Part shown: in pieces, positions 55,987 to 64,000 of the stretch
Numbering within the stretch: position 1 is the stretch's first letter
How the letters are laid out: each line of letters starts with the position of its first letter
Origin: a virus
Lineage: Duplodnaviria > Caudoviricetes
DNA length: 64,000 bases
Virus record (IMG/VR): IMGVR_UViG_3300028886_000037
Coordinates: 183,924-247,923 of that record
Reading direction: 5' to 3' (one strand)
The notes under the pieces: model-generated
Databases searched by the model: none
The model's input: the letters and a program-made list of their open reading frames with translations, nothing else
What the model was told of the DNA's origin: nothing
Made by a program: the position numbers and the translations under genes

Positions 55987-56276
55987 ACGCACCATCCGCA
56001 AGGACCGAACGATAGAGCCTGAGAGATCTCGAAAGCGATGATCTTGTACTCATCTCCGTCAATTCCATACTTGGCCAATACCTCCGGAGTGGAGGCCTTG
56101 ACGTCTGCCTGCATGTTGCCACAGCCATATTCCGGCGCGTTACCTGAGTCGTGGTCATACTTGTCGACGAAGTCGTCCACGTCTATGTACTTGTGATTGA
56201 TATGGCTTGCGCTAGAGAGCGAACAGATCGCATCAAGTGGTTCGATCTTGTAGTCAAGCTGGTCGTGGAGATTCAT
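55983..56276 (-). CDS. conserved phage hypothetical protein (C-terminal CGWC)
   Basis: YGCGNM...LAKYGI...EY..I...LSFGPCGWC. Confidence 0.75.
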   Translation of the reverse strand: MNLHDQLDYKIEPLDAICSLSSASHINHKYIDVDDFVDKYDHDSGNAPEYGCGNMQADVKASTPEVLAKYGIDGDEYKIIAFEISQALSFGPCGWCV

Positions 56277-56307
56277 AGTTAGTCCTTTTCTTGAAGTTTA
56301 CACAGCT

Positions 56308-56336
56308 AATATAGGTAAATCCGTGAGAATTCTAAA
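56308..56336 (-). promoter_or_regulatory. early promoter TTTAGA-17-TATATT
   Basis: Motif match. Confidence 0.7.
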
Positions 56337-56418
56337 CACTTTATAAATAAAAATGTCACACGAAAACTTAAATTTACACAACAAGAGAGCAGATCAGTTC
56401 TGCTCCATTTCATTGTTG

Positions 56419-56859
56419 TTATCGTCTTCCTCTAGTATTTGTGTTGATTGCGCCAGACTTGATATATCCCGCAGCTTCTGAGTCGAAGGCAGCGAGCATA
56501 GATGCGAGATCCTGAGTCATTTCCGGTGGAGGCAGTAGATCCTCTGCTGGCTCTGAGTTCTGGATCAACTGCTTTTGATCTGGCTGAGACAGATCGTCTT
56601 GTGTAGGCAGCAACGCTAGATCCTCTGCTGATAGTCCAGCGTCTCCGAACACCATCGGTCCGAACTTAGCACGATCGGCTGCTGGAGCTGCAAACTCTGT
56701 GTAAGTGACGGATTGAGGAATCTCACGGAATTCCACTTCGTCGCCGTAGAGCTTGCGCACCATGTCTTCGGTGCTTCTAGGCTTATCTGCAAGAAAATCG
56801 CCAGGTCTTCCGAAAGGAAAGAACACTGGCATATCGATTGGATTCGCTGGATCGATCAT
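56419..56859 (-). CDS. hypothetical protein
   Basis: TAATG overlap. Confidence 0.7.
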   Translation of the reverse strand: MIDPANPIDMPVFFPFGRPGDFLADKPRSTEDMVRKLYGDEVEFREIPQSVTYTEFAAPAADRAKFGPMVFGDAGLSAEDLALLPTQDDLSQPDQKQLIQNSEPAEDLLPPPEMTQDLASMLAAFDSEAAGYIKSGAINTNTRGRR

Positions 56860-57185
56860 TATACGTCTAGCTGATATCCGAGACTTCTAAAGCCTTCGTC
56901 GATCGTATCCATCACTTCATCATAAGAAGGAACGCCGGGGAGCTTCTTGTAGAACTCCATTGAGTTGAAGTTGACTGTGATGCCCTTGCCTGGATAGACA
57001 TAGATGCCGAGTGCAGCGTTCTTGTGTTCGCCGTCTTTGGTGAGAACCGGAACCTTGACCCAGTAACCGGTATTTTCAACGTCCACGTCGCGATATTCTA
57101 GGCATTCCATGTCGCCGAGAAGCTTATCTCGGACAGCGAGAATAGTGTCGATGTTTGTCCTGAGGTCAAGCAGATTGTTTTTCAT
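56859..57185 (-). CDS. hypothetical protein
   Basis: SD AGGAG after promoter. Confidence 0.75.
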   Translation of the reverse strand: MKNNLLDLRTNIDTILAVRDKLLGDMECLEYRDVDVENTGYWVKVPVLTKDGEHKNAALGIYVYPGKGITVNFNSMEFYKKLPGVPSYDEVMDTIDEGFRSLGYQLDV

Positions 57186-57220
57186 AGTAACTCCTGAATT
57201 CTTTTTTTATTTACATGAGA

Positions 57221-57249
57221 AATATAGGTAATTCTATGAGAAATCTAAA
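57221..57249 (-). promoter_or_regulatory. early promoter TTTAGA-17-TATATT
   Basis: Motif match. Confidence 0.7.
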
Positions 57250-57967
57250 CCTCATTTTCTGCTTTTTCTTTGGCTTTCGCTGCTTCTAGATAGGGTGCCA
57301 GAGGTCCTATTCCCATCTCGTCTCTCACTTTGTCTACACTTGCGCAGAACCTGATCCAGTTCTTGTACTTGCATGTCGGACGTGAGCCTCTGGTGTAAGC
57401 TGCTATCATAGACTGACCGAAGCGAGTCTCGCATATCTTCTCGGGCGTCCAGCCGTTCAGGAGGTACGTGTAGAGCGCATGAATGACCTTCGTCCGGATA
57501 TAGCCGATCTTGAACGTGATCTTAGACGGATTTAAGCCGAGTTCGCCCAGAAGATCGGAAATCATGACCAAGTCGAACTGAAGATTCCAAGGAATGACAG
57601 ACGCACGCAGCGTGATGGTGACTTCGTCGTTAGTCAAGTGCATAGCTGTGAGACATCCGCCCTGAATGTGGTCGAACTCGTGCTGGACGTTCTTGAAGCG
57701 GAAGTCGGAAGAACCAGTCTTGACGAGCTCAGCGTGGGAACGGTCAAGCTCGCCCTCCTCCACGTAGATTCCTCTAAGGTGTGTCATCTTGTTCAGATGA
57801 CGCTTAGCCATTCTGTCGATGTCGCCGCCCTTGCTGTAGTTTCTCGATGTGCATTCGATAGTGACATCCTCCTCTCTGGAAGTGTTGCACTTGAAGTTGT
57901 TCATGGCCCAAGTGGCCGTCTGCTCGAAAACGTCGTCAAAGTCAGTGCAGTTGAAATGTAAACTCAT
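57245..57967 (-). CDS. divergent thymidylate-synthase/dCMP-hydroxymethylase-fold protein (paralog A)
   Basis: GGCL...LRASVIPWNLQFDL: Cys, Arg and Asp at R+11. Confidence 0.55.
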   Translation of the reverse strand: MSLHFNCTDFDDVFEQTATWAMNNFKCNTSREEDVTIECTSRNYSKGGDIDRMAKRHLNKMTHLRGIYVEEGELDRSHAELVKTGSSDFRFKNVQHEFDHIQGGCLTAMHLTNDEVTITLRASVIPWNLQFDLVMISDLLGELGLNPSKITFKIGYIRTKVIHALYTYLLNGWTPEKICETRFGQSMIAAYTRGSRPTCKYKNWIRFCASVDKVRDEMGIGPLAPYLEAAKAKEKAENEV

Positions 57968-57969
57968 AT

Positions 57970-58620
57970 TTACTTTTGATCCTTTAGTTTCTCTTGAATC
58001 TTTCTCGCAATAGCCTTCATGCTATTGAATTTACATCTGTCCGTCAGAGCACGCTCGTAAGAAGTCCAGATCGATCTGCCGTAAGCTGTGTCCTGAATGT
58101 CTTCTCTGCTCATCCCGTATAGCACGAATGTGTAGAGATTGTGTACTGGCTTGGACGCCATGTAGCCGATCTTTATCGTGATCTGCTTCGGTGACAGACC
58201 GAGCTCATGGATCAGATCCGAGATCAATACCAAGTCGAACTGCAGGTTGTATGGTGCGATGGATGCTCGAATGTTGACGTTCACTTCGTCCTGCGTGTAC
58301 TCCATGCTAGTGAGACACGCGCCGTTGATGTGATTGTTCTTGCGATTCACTGAATTGAAGTTGAATGTTCCCTTTCCAGTCTTCATGTACTCGCGATGAG
58401 AACGATCTATCTCAGCTTCAGTCACGTATAGCTTACGCAGCTGATCCATCTTCTTTGGAAACGCTTTGATCACTTCTCGGATATACTGGCAGTCTGTCTT
58501 CTGAGCTGTAAGCGTTACGTCTTCCTCTTTAGCGAAGACAGAAGTGAAGTTGTCGAGTACGCACATCATCGTCTGACACAGCAGATCGTCGAAGGATATT
58601 CCCTTTATCTGTAAGCTCAT
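57970..58620 (-). CDS. divergent thymidylate-synthase/dCMP-hydroxymethylase-fold protein (paralog B)
   Basis: GACL...IRASIAPYNLQFDL; clear paralog of 57245-57967. Confidence 0.55.
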   Translation of the reverse strand: MSLQIKGISFDDLLCQTMMCVLDNFTSVFAKEEDVTLTAQKTDCQYIREVIKAFPKKMDQLRKLYVTEAEIDRSHREYMKTGKGTFNFNSVNRKNNHINGACLTSMEYTQDEVNVNIRASIAPYNLQFDLVLISDLIHELGLSPKQITIKIGYMASKPVHNLYTFVLYGMSREDIQDTAYGRSIWTSYERALTDRCKFNSMKAIARKIQEKLKDQK

Positions 58621-58621
58621 A

Positions 58622-59272
58622 TTACGTCCTCTTGTAGCCGAGAATGACCTCACGAGTTCTGTTCTTCCAGAATTCTTTGATGTGCTTAGGGAATTTCTCT
58701 GGTCCGTCGCGTTCGATTAGAAGCTCAGTTATGAGGGTCATAGCAGCGCCATAAGCGTCGATTACGTCACTTGCGCCGGGTTGTCCCTTCTTGCCATTAG
58801 TCACTGGAGGAAAGATGCTCAAATCTGGCTTTACGAGCGTAACTCGCTTGTAAGCGTCGAACATACCCTTCTTGTCTGAGTTTCCGTGACCCGAGAAAAC
58901 CTTCTTGATGGTCATCGGAGAATAGAGGTATAGAGGCTTACCCATGCGCCAGACCGACTGTCTGATCCAGCCTTCGAACTCAGCCAAGTCGAACACTAGG
59001 CCAGTCGCTCCAGCAGCGCCGAAAGCGTAGTCTTCTGCTGAGACATAGTCAGCGTCTTCGACAAACTTCAGGATTCGATCCTGCATGAACTTGTATTTGT
59101 CGTATTTGCTGTTCCAGTCGTCGTTAGAGTACCAGATAGACTTTTCGCTAGCATACTTCTTGGTAGTCGTGAACGTCAGCCAGTCCGCGTTCAGGATATT
59201 CAATCTCTCGTCCAGTTCCAGTTTCACAGCGCCCGTGTGGGTCACTGACATGTCCAGTCCCGCTATCTTCAT
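58622..59272 (-). CDS. RuvC-like Holliday junction resolvase
   Basis: IAGLDMS..TG, AEDYAFG, P.TIKK..SG.GNSDK, DVIDAY. Confidence 0.85.
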   Translation of the reverse strand: MKIAGLDMSVTHTGAVKLELDERLNILNADWLTFTTTKKYASEKSIWYSNDDWNSKYDKYKFMQDRILKFVEDADYVSAEDYAFGAAGATGLVFDLAEFEGWIRQSVWRMGKPLYLYSPMTIKKVFSGHGNSDKKGMFDAYKRVTLVKPDLSIFPPVTNGKKGQPGASDVIDAYGAAMTLITELLIERDGPEKFPKHIKEFWKNRTREVILGYKRT

Positions 59273-59585
59273 CTTGTAGTTCCTTCATCCTTCTCAGGAC
59301 GGATTCTAGTTTCTCTAATATAGTAAAATCTTCGCCTTTGGTGAGTTCCCACAGCCAATGCACTACGCGGTGAGTCGTCTCAGTCAGAAGCATAAAGTCT
59401 TCATCTTTCGTGAATTCTCCATACTTCTCTGCTGTCAGACGCATGTGATGACAAGTGAGTTTGTCGTCTCTAGTGAGCTGATGTCCAGTGAGTTCATCGA
59501 TTTTGCCTCTTGAGCTGATCAAACGTGTTTTTAACTCCCTCCACTGTCTCGTGTGGCGGAGTTTCTGCTTCCGTTTCTGATCCAT
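59148..59585 (-). CDS. HNH-like endonuclease
   Basis: W.EL...DELTG..L...CHH...Y....FMLL...H..VH; start uncertain. Confidence 0.6.
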   Translation of the reverse strand: MDQKRKQKLRHTRQWRELKTRLISSRGKIDELTGHQLTRDDKLTCHHMRLTAEKYGEFTKDEDFMLLTETTHRVVHWLWELTKGEDFTILEKLESVLRRMKELQDEDSGTGHVSDPHGRCETGTGREIEYPERGLADVHDYQEVC

Positions 59586-59667
59586 GTTCTTGTTAGAGTG
59601 CCGAAGTGACTTTTCTTCTAATTCTTTCTTGCGCCGAGTGACTCGCTTACGCTCACCCTTATGCTCG

Positions 59668-60750
59668 TCAGAATGTCCAAACTCCGTCGTCTTCGTCCGG
59701 AAATACCGTTTGTGGAACTTCAACTAGCTCCTCCCTCTTGTTCATATCGACTTTGAGGTTGTCCAAGTCGATCTCTGGCTGGAAGATCGCGTATACTGCC
59801 CAATATAGAGCAGATACGAGGTCGTCGTGTGAACCCGCTGTCGCTTTAAAGACATTCGGGCTAACTTCAATGAAAGTCGTCAATTCCTTGAGAGTAGCTG
59901 AGTCGTGAATGATCAGAGAGTCCCTGTTCACTTCTCGCTGGAGCATCAGACACGCGTCGAGCTTAGAAGCCTTGTTGGCGTTTGTACCGATTCCGTGCGG
60001 GTCTGTGTTGATGATGTTCTGGCAATCCAGTGTGTACCATAGCTCCTCGGCGACTTGCTTACCTGGGCCGTTGTTCTCGATGATGATTAGAGCGTCGTTG
60101 TACCACTCGCTCAGATCCTTGATGATCTGACTGAACTTGCCGCCTAGTGTTCTATCGTCGTGGAAGGTGCATACCTGTTCGAATTTGTCCTTGCTGACGA
60201 GTTTTAGAACTTGCACTGCCGAGAAGTCGAGACCAGAGCCAGTCGCCGTGTCCACTCCCATCACGTACATAGCGCCAGGAATCGGCTCTTCCCAGATCGA
60301 GACGAGGTAGCCGTACTTGAATTCCTTTGGCTCTGTCGGGAACAGCTTAGCGAGCTTATCGAGTTCGATGAGAGTCGTCGAAGATCCCATGAACTCACAG
60401 TTGTGGTGCATCTGGACTTTCTCGCCGTTCTCGTCCACTGTGCTGTACTCATGGCCTCTCACCGAGTAAGGACCATAGAACGTGTCAGTGACTTCCTCTA
60501 TGTCGACGATGGTAGAGCCAGCGATAGAGTCTCCGACAGAAAGTGACTCGACATACACTTCCCAGCCATCGATCATGAACCTGTGGCCGTCAGAGTATTT
60601 GAGCTCTCGGCCGTCTTCAAGCTTCAATTTGTACCCGTGGCTCTTCTTCTCGATTAGTCCCCAGAACGGCTCAAAAGTGCCGTTCTCGGACATAATCTCT
60701 AGACCAGAGTTGTTCTTAACGATTGAAATTGATCTCTTTTCTTCTGCCAT
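59668..60750 (-). CDS. gp17: terminase large subunit C-terminal (nuclease) half fused to the C-part of a split intein
   Basis: CEFMGSSTTLI, YVMGVDTATGSGLDFS, IIENN, HDDLVSAL; no ATPase domain; late-like CATAAATA at 60789-60796. Confidence 0.9.
   Translation of the reverse strand: MAEEKRSISIVKNNSGLEIMSENGTFEPFWGLIEKKSHGYKLKLEDGRELKYSDGHRFMIDGWEVYVESLSVGDSIAGSTIVDIEEVTDTFYGPYSVRGHEYSTVDENGEKVQMHHNCEFMGSSTTLIELDKLAKLFPTEPKEFKYGYLVSIWEEPIPGAMYVMGVDTATGSGLDFSAVQVLKLVSKDKFEQVCTFHDDRTLGGKFSQIIKDLSEWYNDALIIIENNGPGKQVAEELWYTLDCQNIINTDPHGIGTNANKASKLDACLMLQREVNRDSLIIHDSATLKELTTFIEVSPNVFKATAGSHDDLVSALYWAVYAIFQPEIDLDNLKVDMNKREELVEVPQTVFPDEDDGVWTF
60400..60750 (-). mobile_element. atypically split intein, C-fragment (117 aa)
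   Basis: Block B SDGHRF, L.VGD, terminal HHN followed by Cys+1; no Cys1/block A. Confidence 0.85.
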
Positions 60751-60876
60751 AGTGCCGTTTTTTGCTAGTTTTTGACCAGTTGATAGAGTATTTATGCTAA
60801 AATTGACACGCGCATCTCCGCGTGGTACCCCTTATTTTTGCGCTTTTTCGTAAATCGGTATAAATGTCCTCTCAGA

Positions 60877-62280
60877 TCACTTTTTGAGGTCTTGAGACGG
60901 TGTCTCGTTCTCTGTCGGGTGCAGTGAGTCGGAAGCCACTCTTACGAAGAGGACCAAGTCGCTTCCCTTCTTGAATCTCCAGTCTATCGAGTGAACGATG
61001 AACTTGCCGTTGTCGATAGTCGTCTCTCGCTCTGGAGAGCTGAAGTCGATGTTTAGAACGTCTCCGATGCGCAAATCTTGGTCTCCAAAGCAGTTTAGCT
61101 GCTTTCCCGAGTTGATCATCAGCGTGTGTCTGTTGTCGAAGAACTCGGATCTCAGGATCGAATTCTGCGTCGGTGCGAAGTCCCATGCTGCGTGAGCGAA
61201 GTCGACTGAAGCGTAACCAGTGAACTTGCTCTCACGAACAGTACCACGGTCGGTGACATCTGTGCTCGGTGTGCCTGGCAGGAACTGTTTGCCCGTGATC
61301 TTGTGAGTCATGTGCGCCCAGTCCATCTTCATATCCTCGGACTTGTACAGTGCGCTGCGTCCAATCGGATCGTAAGTTCCAACTTCGACAGAGTTTCCGT
61401 AAAAGTCACTCACCCAGCCGTCGTCATTTCGTTGATCCTCACTGAGAAGGATGTACATCTTGTTCTTGTATTTCGCAGTGAGTTCGTCTTCACTCAGCTT
61501 CTTGACGTCAGCATAGAACACGTCAGAGAAGATCACGTTCTTTTTCTTCTCTTGTAAATTATTGTTTACATCAGTGTCAAAGAAGAACGGAATGCCGTCT
61601 TCGAGATCGGCGCGAATGCCATAGAATGCTGCTTCGCCGTTCTTGTTGATCCAGAACATTCCAGCGTCTTTCTCGCTGATGAACGAGTGATTCACGACAT
61701 ATCGAACGAACTTCTCAGCCGTCATGCTCGGGTTGAACCAAGCCATCTGGTCAGCTGTGTCCACGTTAGTGTAGAACTTGAGTCCGCAGCTAGAGCATAC
61801 GCTTCGAAGAGCGTCAATCGACTGACATGGATATTCTGAGCTGTTCTGCGGGAACTTCGGAATAGAGTTTACGAAACCGAGCGCATCATATACGAAAGTC
61901 ACTTGATATGTGACCATCGATGCTGTCGACAGCTGCATCTTAGTGCCAACGATGCGGTAGCGTCCCTTCGATATGTTCTTCTCTTTCACGTTCGGATCAC
62001 TCGACACGTACTCGAATCCGATATAGAGCAGACGACCGTCATAGAAGCGGTTAGTGTGCTTGGAAGTGCCGTCGTCGAAGTAGCTGAACTGGCCGATTGG
62101 CAGATTCAAGAACATGGACTCACGAAGCTCGAACTGTTGGATGTTCTGGATCGATACCGGAAAGCCCTTGTCAGAGTCGTAGTCGTCAAGCCATATCTTC
62201 AGAGAGAGTCTCGGGTTCTTCGCCTGATCCGAGAACTTGACCTCTTGAATTAGTTTAGGTATTGAGATTTGATCGGCCAT
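60877..62280 (-). CDS. baseplate hub-type tail protein (gp27/GpD-like)
   Basis: LRESMF..PIG...D near N-term; GD.DLRIGDVL.I...NGKFIV..I.W.F at C-term. Confidence 0.55.
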   Translation of the reverse strand: MADQISIPKLIQEVKFSDQAKNPRLSLKIWLDDYDSDKGFPVSIQNIQQFELRESMFLNLPIGQFSYFDDGTSKHTNRFYDGRLLYIGFEYVSSDPNVKEKNISKGRYRIVGTKMQLSTASMVTYQVTFVYDALGFVNSIPKFPQNSSEYPCQSIDALRSVCSSCGLKFYTNVDTADQMAWFNPSMTAEKFVRYVVNHSFISEKDAGMFWINKNGEAAFYGIRADLEDGIPFFFDTDVNNNLQEKKKNVIFSDVFYADVKKLSEDELTAKYKNKMYILLSEDQRNDDGWVSDFYGNSVEVGTYDPIGRSALYKSEDMKMDWAHMTHKITGKQFLPGTPSTDVTDRGTVRESKFTGYASVDFAHAAWDFAPTQNSILRSEFFDNRHTLMINSGKQLNCFGDQDLRIGDVLNIDFSSPERETTIDNGKFIVHSIDWRFKKGSDLVLFVRVASDSLHPTENETPSQDLKK

Positions 62281-62281
62281 A

Positions 62282-63208
62282 CTACCTCAATGTCACCTTG
62301 ATTCCGTACTCGCCCTGGTGCCAAGGCTTCACTGACAGTTTGTCTAGGATGTCGTAAGCGTCGTAGAGCGTGTCTGGCGCCTTAGCCATGTAGAACTCTT
62401 TGTCGTTTAGAATGAGCAGAAAGTCATCTTGCTCCAGCTTCATGTAAGCATACAGGTGCATCGCTGCTACCGTCCTAATGAGCTGTTTCTTGTCAAAATA
62501 GAGCTGGACAGCGTCTCTTGCGAGGGACTCGTTCTCTTTTCTCAGATTCTGCAAATATGTAAAGATTTGTTTAGCTTTATCTTGATCGAGTCCGATAGCA
62601 GTCTTGATCTTCTTTGCGACGTTCTCACTGAGATAGTACTCGCTCTTAGGAACATCTACGATCTCGAGCGTCCTGAACACAGTTCTCATCGTCTCACCAG
62701 ACATCTGTCTGAACTTGCCGTTCTGTGCGTTTCCGAGTGTTGCGCTGATTCCCTTGACCTCTATCTTAGCCTTCGTGTCAAGATCGATCAAGTCTCCAGT
62801 CTCCTTCGAGAATCCGAGATTGGAGAATGATGCAGCGAACAAGAACTCGCCCTTTCCGATTGCGGGACGCTCTGTCGTTACGCCTAGGCACATCGAGAGA
62901 TATGAGGATCTAAGATCTCCGTTCAGCTTTGTGCTAGTGATGATTCCAGTTATAGGTGAACGGACTTCACGTAGGTTGAAGCGGTTGTTGAACAAATCCT
63001 TCTTGAAGATCTCTGGCTCAACGAGGAGAGTCTTTTGAAGTATTTCTAGATAGTCGCCCTTGAGCTCAGTGTGCTTACCGAGCTTCTCTTCAGTCCAGTA
63101 CTCATTGACTAACGCAGTCAAGTCTGGCTTGGCCGCTAAGTTCTTCATCTGCTGTGCAGTCGTCTGGTCGACGTTTATGGACTTTCCGTTCAAGTTGATT
63201 TCAGGCAT
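62282..63208 (-). CDS. PD-(D/E)XK nuclease-like protein
   Basis: IGKGEFL...GDL....IEVKG. Confidence 0.6.
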   Translation of the reverse strand: MPEINLNGKSINVDQTTAQQMKNLAAKPDLTALVNEYWTEEKLGKHTELKGDYLEILQKTLLVEPEIFKKDLFNNRFNLREVRSPITGIITSTKLNGDLRSSYLSMCLGVTTERPAIGKGEFLFAASFSNLGFSKETGDLIDLDTKAKIEVKGISATLGNAQNGKFRQMSGETMRTVFRTLEIVDVPKSEYYLSENVAKKIKTAIGLDQDKAKQIFTYLQNLRKENESLARDAVQLYFDKKQLIRTVAAMHLYAYMKLEQDDFLLILNDKEFYMAKAPDTLYDAYDILDKLSVKPWHQGEYGIKVTLR

Positions 63209-63230
63209 ACTATACTCTTCTCTTATAGCT

Positions 63231-63269
63231 TATTTACACAAAAATTCCGCTGAGTCCATCAGCGGAATT
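63231..63269 (-). terminator. terminator hairpin followed by late-like promoter TGTAAATA
   Basis: AATTCCGCTGA/TCAGCGGAATT + U-tract. Confidence 0.7.
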
Positions 63270-63276
63270 GATGTTA

Positions 63277-64000
63277 TTAGTAATTTTCTGGCTTCTGCGG
63301 CTGATGCTTGTTGAATGAGTAGTTGTCATCAACGAGGTCAGCCAAGCACGTGCTTCCAGATTCAGAGAACGAGCACCACGGAACTGATCTGGTAGAGTAG
63401 ATATGCTTATAGTCGCCATCCTCTGTGTCTCCACCAGCCATTGAGCTGTCATAGACTAGATAGCCCTTGTTAGCGCTTCCGTCATAGCTATCTGGAACCC
63501 ACATGATTCTCTGGAGTAGAGCGTATAGCTTGAAGAGGTTGATTCGTCCCATAGAGAAGAAGTTGTAGTTTCCGTAGTTTGCATCGCTTCTTCTACCCTT
63601 GAGGAATCCGAGCTGGATTGCGCTAGAACCGTAGTCGATCGTTCTACCCTTGATGTCTGTCAGAGTTGACGTCGTCTCACGATTGTAGATAGTTCCAGTC
63701 CAGTCACCAACTGTCTGCTTTAATGTGCTGTCAGTGACTGCTATCTCCATAGCGTTGTACTTGAACTGCGGAATAGAGCTATTGCCGAAGTGATTGCCTC
63801 CGCCGAGAACGAACAGCTTACGCATGTGATTCTGGTAATAGCGCTGATTGTTCCAGCCCATGATGATGGTCGGGCCCTGAAGACTCGAATCCGTGTTGGA
63901 CATGTAGTAAGTCTGACGGATGTCGTTTCTAAGGCCCTTACCGAAGAGGAAGACGTTAGATTCACTGTCATACTTCGGATTCTGAGTAGTTTCGTCAAAT
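63277..64000 (-). CDS. C-terminal part of a probable structural protein; frame open to the window edge
   Basis: No stop between 63903 and 63999 in frame. Confidence 0.65.
   Translation of the reverse strand, partial: FDETTQNPKYDSESNVFLFGKGLRNDIRQTYYMSNTDSSLQGPTIIMGWNNQRYYQNHMRKLFVLGGGNHFGNSSIPQFKYNAMEIAVTDSTLKQTVGDWTGTIYNRETTSTLTDIKGRTIDYGSSAIQLGFLKGRRSDANYGNYNFFSMGRINLFKLYALLQRIMWVPDSYDGSANKGYLVYDSSMAGGDTEDGDYKHIYSTRSVPWCSFSESGSTCLADLVDDNYSFNKHQPQKPENY

Noticed and set aside
60751-60876. Intein N-fragment in the gap upstream of terL-C
   Set aside because: The gap is 126 nt with no suitable ORF; IntN must be fused to the ATPase half.
1-64000. Genome-wide TAG or TAA reassignment
   Set aside because: Core genes contain no in-frame stops and many genes end cleanly at TAG/TAA. 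In-frame TAG junctions (19933, 47714, 49315) are about as frequent as chance predicts.
1-64000. CRISPR array, tRNA genes, integrase/transposase
   Set aside because: No repeat-spacer periodicity, cloverleaf or recombinase motifs seen in the intergenic gaps by eye.

Overview
A 64 kb segment of a large T4-like (myovirus-type) phage genome, almost all coded on the minus strand. 1-30.5 kb is an accessory region of short genes driven by ~13 host-type promoters (TTTACA-N16/17-TATATT). It carries an RNA-repair set (Rnl2-type ligase, Rnl1, polynucleotide kinase, metallophosphoesterase, HAD phosphatase, TROVE-like/vWA protein) plus SPFH, GNAT and AEP-like genes. 30.5-40 kb: prohead protease gp21, dCMP deaminase, RNase H, DinG helicase, a late M15 peptidase/patatin cassette, ThyX, dUTPase and a sigma-70 factor. 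40-54 kb: late (TATAAATA) tail-fibre module and gp14 neck gene. 54.4-55 kb: non-coding A/T-tract array. 57-64 kb: two thymidylate-synthase-fold paralogs, RuvC-like, HNH, the C-terminal half of a split-intein terminase and baseplate genes. Highlights: (i) early-region degenerate copies of the prohead protease and capsid A-domain (possible immune decoys); (ii) a ~135-nt RNA between a promoter and a terminator with anti-Shine-Dalgarno sequence in its loop; (iii) tandem TS-fold enzymes with the dCMP-type Asp; (iv) an atypically split TerL intein; (v) a tail-module histidine phosphatase fusion; (vi) a RiPP-precursor-like peptide missed by the ORF track; (vii) accessory genes with in-frame stops. 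All homology calls are by eye from motifs; no searches were run. A Fibrobacter-like host is an inference only.
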